A stretch of 63,854 bases of DNA, the filler included, from Collodictyon triciliatum (Eukaryota): assembly GCA_043381765.1 (NCBI GenBank). It is 23 parts of 23 records of this genome, joined end to end, with 100 filler letters (N's around TTAATTAATTAA, not from the genome) between each part and the next. Parts side by side here need not be neighbours in the genome. Positions count along the whole stretch, not along the records: positions 21,907 to 24,540 come from JBHJMP010008542.1; positions 24,641 to 27,273 come from JBHJMP010008543.1; positions 27,374 to 29,964 come from JBHJMP010008544.1; positions 30,065 to 32,695 come from JBHJMP010008545.1; positions 32,796 to 35,426 come from JBHJMP010008546.1; 18 more parts are not named here. The stretch is one strand, 5' to 3'. The number at the start of each line of letters is the position of its first letter. Positions within the stretch are counted from its first letter, which is position 1. Positions 23,873 through 35,526 of the stretch are shown here, piece by piece. The notes below the pieces were generated by a model that saw only the letters and a list, made by a program, of their open reading frames with translations, was not told the origin of the DNA and did no database searches. Made by a program: the position numbers and the translations under genes.

Positions 23873-24490
23873 CAGCACCGTGAAGATAAATACATATATG
23901 ACCAAGGGAGAGAAAAAAAAAAGGAAAGTATCGGCAAGCAACCGAAGGCTACGGTTACCATGAATGTGTGAACAATACTTTAGGAGACCAGTCCATTCCT
24001 TTCGGTATTTGAGCACGAATAAATCTACCCTATGAAAAGACTGGCCCCTGTTGTGACGCACCGTGCCCAGCATGTGTTTGTTATGCTTGTTTTGTTTGTT
24101 GTTGTTTTTATTCCAGCAACGGAGCATTCTTTTGGCAAAGTGTGTGCGATTTTAGCAGCGAGTTTCTTGCGCTGCCAACTTTACTATGCTGCACCCACGC
24201 AATCATACCCTTTTTCTCTCAAAGGTGCTTTTGGTGCTACCAAAATCCATATTTGAAAAAGCGGTACCGTATCTCCAACTTCGTTTTAGTAGCTCTGGGG
24301 TTTCGGTATTGTTCTTTGCCTTTGAGCGATTTTTGGTTGGGCTCTTCGATTCAAAGCATTTCCCATGTGGAGGATGTGACAATCAGAGGCAGATACCGGC
24401 CCCCGCTTCGCAAGGACAAGAATCGTCTCGCAGTGTTGCCAAACCTTATCTTCATGATTCAATTTATTTACTTCTGCTGGCCGTTGATCT

Positions 24491-24536
<46 letters not shown>

Positions 24537-24640
24537 CTTTNNNNNNNNNNNNNNNNNNNNNNNNNNNNNNNNNNNNNNNNNNNNTTAATTAATTAANNNN
24601 NNNNNNNNNNNNNNNNNNNNNNNNNNNNNNNNNNNNNNNN

Positions 24641-24691
<51 letters not shown>

Positions 24692-24880
24692 AAAAAAAAA
24701 AAAACACAAAAAAAACACAAAAAAACACAAAAACACACACAAAAAAAAAACGATCCCAGGGAAGAGAAAAAGCTCGACAAATTCAATCCAAGGCCTCCTG
24801 CGCAACTTCAGTCACAGTTCCCAACTAAACTTCCTTCCCAAACAAATACAAGCTATAGTTTGTTTTGCGAATCAGGTGGC

Positions 24881-26443
24881 ATGTCTGGGGTCATATTGCC
24901 TTCGTTCCTAGCGTGGACAGACTTGAGGGTTCATGGTGAAGCAAATGAAGTTGAACTCGCCTCTGAAGCATCCGTACATGCAAGAAATCCCCATTCTCAT
25001 AATGCAATCAAAATGCGTCCCGAAAAAATAATTTACAGCAGGAAACCCCAACAAGGTAGCGACAGATGCGGCGATGCGGCAGAGCCAACTCTGATTCCAT
25101 TGAGGGATTGTGGGGGTATTTCATTTCAGATTTGGTTTCGCGTTGCGGGGTTATCTCTTTCTGGTCTTTGTATTATTCTACTGATAGCATCAGTCTACTA
25201 TCTTCCGGCTAAAATTCTGACGGATGATTTATTACACCAGATAATACCTCTATATTATGAGAAACTCAGAAATGTCTTTTTGGTAACGTTTTTTTGGCTG
25301 TCGATAATCCTCTGGCTGGTTAGTACATTTGGTTCATTTTACTCCTTGTGCGCGGTCTTGTTTTCTGTACTTCCTGCCTGGAGTTTGACTGTGTATGTAG
25401 GTGTCGTATTATCCGACCAGCCATTTGAAGATAACTTGATATCAAACGCCATCGTGGTGGTTGGTGTCTTGTTCTCTTTGTTTCTTGTTTCGAAATCAAA
25501 AGAACTGAATAATCAGAATGCTGAGCTGCAGGACTTATATGACATGACCAAAGATGGAACACCGATGGCGTTGTTAAAGGGCGTTATTGGGCTGTTTGTA
25601 TTCGTAAACTTTATACTGCAAAATGTATTCCCGTTTTACCTGAACTCTTCGTTTCTTGTCCAGCTCACATTTAGATTCGTGGTCTTTCCTATGTGCTTTT
25701 CCTTGTCGAAATCATATCAAATGTACGTAATATTCGATTTACATGAAAAGCATATGGAGCGTAGAATGATAGTCAACAAACTGTGCAACTTTTACGTCCA
25801 TTTTGTGAGTCGGTTGTACCTCTCCAATCTAACAACCGGAGGCACCAATTCCACCACATACATTCTAGTGAATATGTCCACCTCTCTCTTTGAAATCGCC
25901 TCCGTTCTTACACAGACCCACAGACTAGCATAGCTCTATGAAATGAAGCAGTTGTATATTCGAATGTTTCGTTTTGCAGCTGTCTGTCTGCATAGGGATG
26001 TGGTAGAGGTCTTCTCATCGGGCGCTGATGCTGATGGTGCTGACCTGATGAATGTAAATTCCCAAAGCATGAAGCGGGCATCATCAAAAAAGGCGTTCAT
26101 CGACGAGGCTTTATCATTCTATGCCAGACATGTGTGTGATGACATCAGCTTTGAGATATGCTCCATCTTCATGGCGCCTCTCTTGATGTTTTTCCTGTAC
26201 GAAATATTTCCAGACACCGATTTCCAAACCACACACAGTATCGCGGATTGTTTGATCCAGATTACCATCCAAGTGGGATTCGAGTTGTTTGGGGACATTG
26301 CGGTTTTGATTCTTCAGCTCCGGCGGAGCCGCATCTCCAAAGACCTTGCCCATCAGTGGGTGCCGCTGGGAAACTCGATTGTGGTTTGCTGGGCTTCTTT
26401 TTGCATCCTCTACGTCCATTTTCTAATCAGTATGTTTGCGTGA
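24881..26443 (+). pseudogene. Intronless multi-pass membrane protein interrupted by one in-frame TAG (25931-25933)
   Basis: ORFs 24860-25933 and 25943-26443 are in the same frame (..THRLA*LYEMKQ..), and both are rich in TM helices. Confidence 0.6.
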
Positions 26444-27195
26444 GACAGACCCGAATCCTTTTTGTCTGTGCAAGTGAACTCCGTCCTGACCTTCTCCTTG
26501 CCGGTGCTGAATAAAGAAAAGAAGCAGTAGGATGGATAGAGCGGGCGAAAGGAATTGAGAAAAGGAGAAGAAGGGGTAAAAGGTAGATTGGGCGTTCGGT
26601 GGGATTATCTTTCTTTTGTTCGTCTGTGCTATATATTTATTTTTTTTCTTATTCAAAAAAAAATGTTGGGTTTCGCAGTTTGGTGACAGAAAATGTTGGA
26701 AAGGAGACACAGCCAGAAGGGGTGCGGTGGGAATAGAAGGGAAGAAAAGCCTATTTCTTTTTCGTAGGATATAGGAAACAGTTGTGGGAGAAAAAAACCA
26801 ATTCTTTATCACGGTTCTCATAAATGAGAGGATAGACATGAAAAGAAAGAAAAAGAAAAGGAAAAAAAAAAAAAGGAAAGATCACAGTGGAGCAGGAACC
26901 ACACTGCCGAATGCCTGGTGATAACATAAAGGAATATAATGGCAGAGTTAATCGTTTTTGCATATGTGTTGAAAATGACTACATCATCGGAATCATATGA
27001 CAATGTCGGTTAAAATTTTAATTAACAGAAGGATGGTCTTCAAGAGATATAAAAAACACCTACATGACTCCTATTATCCTTTCCATTCCTCCTTTTTTTT
27101 TTATTTTTAATCTTTTTTTTTTTTTGATTTGTTGATTGATGGATTTTCTTATGGGAGATGAACAACAGCAGCACCCGCCGATACCATGCGACAAT

Positions 27196-27273
27196 CTAGT
27201 CGATCTTGACGGAGGAGTAAATCTTGCGGACAAACCACAGGCACGAGAGGTAGCCGATAGTGCCTGTGAGCAC
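27196..27273 (-). CDS. TM9SF/EMP70 nonaspanin, last exon
   Basis: VLTGTIGYLSCLWFVRKIYSSVKID* is the diagnostic C-terminus with a KxD/E motif. Confidence 0.9.
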   Translation of the reverse strand: MLTGTIGYLSCLWFVRKIYSSVKID

Positions 27274-27373
27274 NNNNNNNNNNNNNNNNNNNNNNNNNNN
27301 NNNNNNNNNNNNNNNNNTTAATTAATTAANNNNNNNNNNNNNNNNNNNNNNNNNNNNNNNNNNNNNNNNNNNN

Positions 27374-27560
27374 CGTCGCCTTCGCGCTCGTCATGCAGCT
27401 CGTGGCGGTGTTCCTGAGGCGTCGGGTGCAGCAGATCGGGGGCTGCCAGAGGATCGCTGAGCCCGAGACCCGGGTGGTTGCCCACAACAACAAGCCGCTC
27501 GTGCGGTCCCTTCGGCAGGGGAAGGTCGGGGCCCGAGAGGACGAAGCGCAGGTGGATCAT
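27374..27560 (-). CDS. N-terminus of a protein with a possible CBM20-like domain
   Basis: GC-rich ORF from ATG. ERLVVVGNHPGLGLSDPLAAPDL resembles the CBM20 pattern E.L.VVG..P.LG.W.P..A..L but lacks the Trp. Confidence 0.4.
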
Positions 27561-28267
27561 GGGCTTGCTTAGTTTCTTGCTTGCTTACCAGCGGGGGTGG
27601 ATATATGGATAAGAACTTGTGCAGTCCTTGGGCTGATAATATGCTTTTTATTGTAACCTTTATTGTTCTGTCGTTCTTTTCTGCAAGTGTCAATATGGTT
27701 CCTTTTGTTTTAAATTACTAATCGGTTTTTAAGAGTATTTTCGTTTGTCTATGATTCTTTTGATTCCCTTTGCGCAGATCGAAAGAGGTGACAAGGTGAG
27801 CTGGTTGTTTTATTTTCCAGATATGAAATTTTGATGTGGATATTATATAATAACGTGTTTTTAAAATCATAATATCTGAATTAACCGCATACATGCACAC
27901 AGATATTTCAGTCTAAAAAACCATCTACCACGTGTGGACCTTCCATCATGTGTATGTCTTCATGTAAAGCCGGGGGATAAACACCAGCCGCCAGAGGGCG
28001 ATCGTGAAGGAAGGTGTCCTAGCCCCCGGCCTACAGGCAAGTCATCAGGAATCCCATCATGGTCTTTCACCAAGGATCAACTTGTTTTTTTATTTATTTA
28101 TTTATTTTTTTTTTTAGCCAGCATCCTACTATTCCCAACCTTTTATATTATCCTTGCCCTGACTTCTATGTCCATCTTTTAACATGCCTTTGAGTTGGCC
28201 ACGTGGTCTTTAACCCGATCTCTACGCATGTTCCACCAAAGACCAGCCAAATACTTTGCGCCTCAGG

Positions 28268-29808
28268 ATGACAACAGCCAGTGTCGAGGTTGAACGCTTC
28301 CCGGGTTGTTTCTTTGCCGCCAGCGTGCAGTAAGTGGAATCCTTTTATTATAACTCACTCCCGATCACTTTCCTTTTTTTTTTTTTTCATCAAGCGACGG
28401 ATTTAAAACCAAAGTGGGGCTATGTAAACAGAAAGGATGTGGCTTATCAAGAAGCTTTTTGAAAGCACCACCGAAAAGAAAATTAAAGAAAAGAAAGAAA
28501 AAATCCACACACACATTTCATTTCTTGAGGTTATCACACGATAATAATTAAACTACTGATAACAAATGAACCTCAACATATCATACTTGACATGTCTTTT
28601 ATTTTAACATCATGCCTTTCTTCTTCTTCCTCTCTCTTTACTGGGGATATAGTGGTATCGATCAAGATAATTATCTCGTGGCGTATGACAACATGCCCAA
28701 GTCAAGTGCAGAATACATACACCACACAAAAGTACGAAGCCATGCGCCACAAACAAGTGCAAACTATTCACCCACCACAGGTGAATGGGTGGAAGTTCGC
28801 ACTTTGTATTCTTCAGAGATGCCTGTTTGCTGGCGTGAAGCTTCCGTCAAACTCATCAAAGATGGGCTTGTTATAGTTTCTTACCTGGATAAAACAGAAA
28901 CGGTAGAGGTGTCTCGAGTACGACCAGCCTATTCAAAACTTAAGGTAATTTGAATAAACCTAGCACGTCATCCATATTTTCTCTTTCTCATTGTGTTATA
29001 TATAATTCGTACATATCTCGCTTCATATGTCTGACACATTAACTTTTTTCTTTCTTTCGTGTCTAGTTGCTTGGGACGCCAGAATTGTTCTGTAGGACTA
29101 TGAATGTGGACCGGGAGTTGATTCCTTCACTTCAAGACGGTGTCAAATTGCTATCCGTACAAAATGCCACCGATGCCCTGATTGTCTTTTCTCATGAGAC
29201 TGGTGTCCTTTCCGTAATTGGCTTTGAAAGAAATGTGGACTCTGCTTGTCATGGGTTGGATGTCCATTTACGTAATCAAGCTCGCCTACTTGATATTAAG
29301 GCTGAAATATCTCGGCTGCAGAGTAACGAAAATGAGAACTCAGTTTCCACTGCGGTTTGATTTCCATTATCATTATGATTATCATTTTATACAAATATTT
29401 TTATGGAAAGTCTTGTTGAGGTGTGAAAATCAACATAATATTTGTATGATAATTTTAGAAAGCTCAGTATGCCTTTTCGGATTGCTTTGAAGTTAGTGCA
29501 TCCTTGCTTGGACTTGTCATTGGAAAAAAGGGAGCAAATGTGCACGCTATCCAAGAATTTGGGGCTCATGTTATAGTACGTCGTTTACTACCTGTGTGAT
29601 CTTACGTCGAATATAGCATGTTTTATCACACATCAATCTCAATATATTCCATCTGACTAAAATATTCGGCAAGATCGAAGAGGATAGCACCAACGTTCAT
29701 ATTTTTGCCAATACTACATCCGCTTTGAGTAAAGCCAGAGAAATATTAGAGTACGTGGAGATTTCACTCCCCATTTCAGAATCTGATAAAGGCTGGGTGA
29801 TTGGACGG
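28268..29808 (+). CDS. FMR1/FXR-like RNA-binding protein (tandem Agenet + KH0 + KH1 + start of KH2), 3'-truncated
   Basis: Exons MTTASVEVERFPGCFFAASVH / GIDQDNYLVAYDN...WVEVRT..SEMPVCWREASVKLIKDG...VEVSRVRP / KH0-like ...LDVHLRN / LLGLVIGKKGANV / VHIFAN..ALSKAREILEYVE...GWVIGR are colinear with FMRP. Confidence 0.8.
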
Positions 29809-29933
29809 GTATCAATTTTAACTTCTAATGATATAGAATCCACGGTTTCGTGGTAGACTCTACCAGCCAAACGATTTTTAGTGCAAATCTTAAGATAACA
29901 ACTTTTGCATATCAACCCCCCCCCCCCCCTTCC

Positions 29934-29964
<31 letters not shown>

Positions 29965-30064
29965 NNNNNNNNNNNNNNNNNNNNNNNNNNNNNNNNNNNN
30001 NNNNNNNNTTAATTAATTAANNNNNNNNNNNNNNNNNNNNNNNNNNNNNNNNNNNNNNNNNNNN

Positions 30065-30155
<91 letters not shown>

Positions 30156-32795
30156 CAACACAAACAATTCAAAGAAATAGCAATTCATGACCCCCAAATT
30201 AATAACATAGTATTTTTCTTTTTTGGCTCTGCTTTTGTGCTTTGTGGAGGTCTTTTGGATCGACAATAAGAGACACACAAGAGAGTGAAAGAGCAGCACA
30301 ACCAGTTCTGGGGGACGTGCCAGAGTGTTTAACAATATCGCAGCTTCGTTTTCTTTAGTAATATGTATATCTTTGCGGAGTTTGGAGGGACACTCAACTG
30401 AATATACGCCTTGCAGGTTGTCATACTTTGCAGATCTCACGAGAGCGAGTTGACATGGAAATACCAATCGCGCTGGAAAGACATCTTCGACTGAATCACG
30501 CCGTGGTGTGTTCGGGAAAACTTTCGATATTACTACTATTTCATCAAGCATTTTCCTTTCACTTCTCTCAGTTTTCTTCCAATTTTTTTTTTTCAGCGTT
30601 CCTTATGGTTTTCTGATGGCTGCCACAACTTGGAACTTTCTCGTTCTCTCGTAGGAAAACGACGAGCCAGGTAGGCGATTCAGCAACATTTGTTGTCCCA
30701 TCTGCCACGGTCACCTACGCCCGCTTACTTCAAGCCCCTTTTTGCTGAACATTTCATGCGACACACCAAATTGTCGCCCAGGATTGATTTACAATCATGT
30801 TTGTCGCTTGCCATAATAATCCCATTCAGAATGTACTGAATCAAATATATTAACCGAATATTAGATATATACATACATATATAAGATTTATATAAGATTT
30901 ATCAGTAGTCTATTGAATCGACTGCTCGAAAGTAAATAAAGAAATATTTTATCTGAAATTTAGAGAAATATCTTGACCGATAGAATGAATAGCACATATA
31001 ACCCTTCATTAAACAGGTGATATATAAGGGATTTATGCTCTTTGCCTTGATAAACCATTATTGCTTTTATTTTTCGTATATATGAAATCTACTCCGCTCG
31101 ATAACAAATAATTAATTGGCTGTTCATTTGCATATGAACCTTTGTGTAGGAATGTGCCATCTACTCTGCGATACATCATCATAGTCATCATGAGATTTAT
31201 ATTTCGATATTCATATTCTTATCCCTCCTTTGGATATGAATATTCCGAATCCTTGAATTTTATCCGCATGAAGCTCGCATCTTTTCACTGGGAAGGTTAG
31301 AATACATATGATATTTAATTTCATTTAAAACTTCCTCATCGCCCCAAGTAGAAAAATATACAAAAAGAAATTGCTAATGAAAACTTTCAATTTTGAATTA
31401 TCAAGGGAATCAGTGGGCAAGCGCCTATATCGGTTTGAAGTACGCTTCTGCTTTTGAAGTAACTCTCCAGAGATTAGGCGCAGCAAAAGTAGTTGGGGTT
31501 GATAGTGAAATCCATACCATATCAAAATTGAGAAAGGTATGAATAATTGGGAAATTCATACCACAATCTGATATTGGTATTTGAAATTATTTATCATCAA
31601 CGCATACCATGAATGTAGGAGTTTGCAAACAATCCGTTCATTGGAAATGCATTGGTTTCAAACTGTGGGCATAATCAAACTCTCTTTTCTTCGTCATCTC
31701 TGAACTGCGTTGTGTCGAACCTTGTTTTACATGAGTCGAAAAATGTGGAGCAGGTTTGTAGACCAATTCTCCATGACTGAGTCTATTTAATACTGACTTG
31801 TGATTAAAATTATTTATAGAACCGATTGCTATTACTATCACTATCACTATCACTATCACTATCACTAACATCATTAAAAAAAATTGTAAAATTTATGGTT
31901 TTTTTTTTTTTGGTTTCGGGAAGTTATTAAATCACCCACTTTTGTCTCAAAAAAATATAAGGACATCAAAGAGTCCTGTAGAATTCTTGCCGATGGAGGG
32001 ACGTTCATATGTACCTCCTTAGTAGCCTCCAATTCGATTGTGTACCGTTAACAATTAATTAATTTGTCATTATAAAAAAACCTTTTAAAACATCATCCTT
32101 TTCAGAAGTTAACTGTGATAATTGCTGTCTGTCTATATTAGAGACTCTAATAATAAACATTGAAATGAATATTTAGTGGGCGACTTTTTTCGCTGTTTTC
32201 ATGGGTCGCAGGGTATTCCCCCGTACACGTCGATGATTTAATGAATAGTCTCAAGAAGAATGGTCTTATTGTAATATTTCATTCAAAGTAGAAATTCTAA
32301 CTTTTTCTTTGTAATGAAATTCATGTATCGCATCTAAAAAATAATATAGTAATACTCAATTTATTTCTTGGCAACAACAGCTTCTTTTCTTTGAGGAAAA
32401 AAATCACGGGCTTATACTAACAAATGCCTTTTGCTCCTTTAGTTGGAAGATGTTCAGAATAAAGGAAACTTTGTGATGCTCGTTGCCTCAAAAAAGAAAG
32501 CTCAATAAAGAGTCTTTCAGTTTTAAGGAGAAAAGCAAGAAAAGAAGTTAATAAAGACGCTACTACATCCATCCATCCATTCATACATACATCATACATA
32601 CATACATACATACATACATACATACATACATACATACATACATACATACATACATACATACATACATACATACATACATACATACATACATACATNNNNN
32701 NNNNNNNNNNNNNNNNNNNNNNNNNNNNNNNNNNNNNNNTTAATTAATTAANNNNNNNNNNNNNNNNNNNNNNNNNNNNNNNNNNNNNNNNNNNN

Positions 32796-33686
32796 CTGTT
32801 GGAGATATTGAGCAGTAGGGCGCGGTGTTTCGGGAGTAGCTGAGATATGCGGGCTTGCTTCCAGCTTTTGACTATCGGCGGGTCTATAATGCCTATAGTT
32901 TCGGCTCAACGACTCATTTTCTCCGGTTTGTAGGGATTCGGGCTGATGGTTTTATATCGAAACAGCTTGGAATGTGTCATGGCCAACGTGAATTGTGGAG
33001 AATCAGGCGTAATGGACCGCCTTTGGTTCTTCAGGCGAAAGAAAAATAGCGACGGTGCTCCGTATGAGATGGGACGTCGTGAGCGCCATTCTCCTTTGTT
33101 GTTTAGGACGGCTGTGGTTGGGGTTGCAGTCGTAGAGTGGAATATCGTTGAATTTTTGACGGTGCGAGGCTCCCATCCTTTTGGAATGTGACTTGTTGCA
33201 GGATGAAGGAGCTGTTCCCTTCTCTCGACTTGATGATGCAGAAGCCTTTTGCTCTATCCCAGCAAAAGTCACAAGGGGACATATGCTGTGGCCCTTATGA
33301 GTGTGCGCGCATTCTCTCGTTCTAATGATTCACCCGAACTAGAAATCAATGTAGCCAGGCTTGAGAGCCTCGTGCAATAAAGCTTCCTGAACAGCCTGCT
33401 GAAACACACTCGCATTCTTCGCTACTCTGACCACAAGCGAAGAGAGATGTGGGAATGTGTCGTAAGATATCTCCCACAGCATATCCAACCCCTGCTACCC
33501 ACGCAACCAATCAACCAGTTGGGTCGCCCACCTGACCATCTCGCTATCACTGACTTCTTTCCAGTGCTACCCTCTCTACGGTAGTGTCTTCCCCTACTCG
33601 CGTTTGCTCTCTCCCATGCGCTCCCATCCCTCCCCTTTGTATGGCATAACCTCGCTGCACTTTGAATCGAATAAAGGAAAAAAAAA
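32796..33686. mobile_element. Degenerate non-LTR retrotransposon (L1/Tx1-like, family B) with an inverted 5' segment
   Basis: The minus strand of 33190-32796 encodes ...SR*AETIGIIDPPIVKSWKQARISQLLPKHRALLLNISN (zf-RVT-like lead-in). The plus strand from 33175 encodes ILLEC...RREMW...RPPDHLAITDFF..* followed by a 3' UTR and TTTGAATCGAATAAAGG(A)n. Confidence 0.65.
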
Positions 33687-33912
33687 TTATTTTCATAGGC
33701 ACTGCCTTCGCTAAAATAATTAGATAAAAATAAGATAATGATGCGGATGGGGCTCTTTTCCATGAATTGTAGTGTTGCCTTGCTAATTCATTTTCGTATA
33801 CTTTGTTTTTTCTACATATCTTGTCTTTTTATTTGATTGCAGGACTAATCTGATTTCTGCGAAGGCGCTATATAGTGGTAGAAGCTAGAAAGAAAGTTGA
33901 GCGAAGTTGGCT

Positions 33913-35426
33913 TTACTTCTTGATGAAGTAGACCTTTCCCTTTTGCCGTGTGCTGCTGTCATACGGAGCCGAGACCAAAACACAACTCTCGTCAACATCG
34001 ACATCAAAGCCATATGCGTCGGAGCCATCAACAACTGGAGATTCCACAAAATAGTATTCGCTCCATTCGTTTCCATTCTTTGTAAATAAGTGCACAGATC
34101 CTACAGCCAGATATCAGATTGCTATATATAGATAATTATTGCATATATAAAGAAATTCCACCACAAACCCTTTAAGTTGCAGGCCTGCTCGTTTGCACAT
34201 GGCTTAGCTCCAACCGCAAGCCGAGTACCATCTGTGGAGAAGCTGAAGCTAAATCCAAAGTGCTTTCCAGCAACGATAGCATCAGGCTCGATGGTGGATT
34301 CAAAAGTGTATAATCCGCTACTGTTCAGAACAAAGGTCAGAATCGATCCAGCATACGCGGCAGTGCTTAAATCGTTCACAGCAGAAACGTAGAGAACGTT
34401 TGAGTTAAACTCGATGGCCCATCCGAATCCGAGCTTGTTCGTATTGGAAATGGCTTGTGACATTCCCCAAAACTGGTTCTTGTACTCATATATAAACACA
34501 GCCTGGTCAGAGTCAGTTTCTGGGTTGTTGGACACTGCTAGTTTCGTCTCACTACCCAGGGACACCGATTGACCAAAGCGGTTATTCAACTCTTCAGTTG
34601 GGGAAGTGATGGTGACTCTCATGCCCCACTTTCTGTTGTCCTTCTTCTTGTAGATGAGTGCACATCCCGCGTTTGTGACAGTTTCTGAGTGATCATACAA
34701 CGGCATTCCGATGGCGATTACATCATTAATGTTAGAAAGTGCAGCACCCAGTTCGAAGTTCTTTGATGTCTTTCGGTAGCGGATGATTGAATCCTTGACG
34801 AATCCGTCTTGCACGGTGTTCCATGTGTATAAAACTAATGCTCCAATCTCCTTGTTGGCATACTGTGACTTTGGTATAGATACAATCAAGTATTGTGCAT
34901 TCATTAACATATTGAAGCCGAACATGTTATCTCTGTTGAGGAAAGGATTCGTGATTTTCTTGTGACCCAACCATACACCATACGTCTCGTCCCTCTTGTA
35001 CGTCAGAATGAAGCCACCATTGCAGCTGTCTGGGATGTGTGGTTTTATGCAAAATGGAACCGATATTACTGCTATACTGTTGTAGACCTCAACTTCATAC
35101 CCAAACTTCTCCGACTTCCTCTTGTCGTACCAATCAACCGGATGAACAATCAGGGATCTAGAGAGAGATCGAGATCTGGAGAAAGACTTACATCGGGATT
35201 TGAATGGAGATTTGGAGGTCGTCTTGCTCGGCGTCTTGCTCGGCGTCTTAGTGGGTGTCTTGCTGGGTGTCTTGCTCGGCGTCTTGCTCGGCGTCTTAGT
35301 GGGTGTCTTGCTCGGCGTCTTGCTCGGCGTCTTAGTGGGTGTCTTAGTGGGTGTCTTAGTGGGTATCTTGCTGGGTGTCTTGCTGGGTGTCTTAGTGGGT
35401 ATCTTGCTGGGTGTCTTGCTGGGTGT
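33913..35426 (-). CDS. FG-GAP (integrin-alpha-like beta-propeller) protein with a TPSK/TPTK mucin-like stalk, 5'-truncated
   Basis: Frame open from the contig edge through (TP[ST]K)n, then repeated blades (FGFNM, IAIGMP, FGQSVSL, FGWAI, FGFSFSF..LAVGA, YGFDV..LVSAP). One intron near 34100-34170. Confidence 0.8.
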
Positions 35427-35526
35427 NNNNNNNNNNNNNNNNNNNNNNNNNNNNNNNNNNNNNNNNNNNNTTAATTAATTAANNNNNNNNNNNNNNNNNN
35501 NNNNNNNNNNNNNNNNNNNNNNNNNN

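Noticed and set aside
25931-25933. Genome-wide UAG reassignment
   Set aside because: TAG terminates conserved C-termini elsewhere (TM9SF ..VKID*, CFAP418 ..CGGH*), so the standard code fits.
28085-28260. A third retroelement 3' end on the minus strand (AKYLAGLWWNMRRDRV..* plus A-rich tail)
   Set aside because: Single copy in the window, no TSD found, and it directly abuts the FMR1-like start codon. Insufficient support.
30400-31800. Possible minus-strand spliced gene
   Set aside because: Exon-like patches could not be joined into a consistent frame or a recognisable protein.
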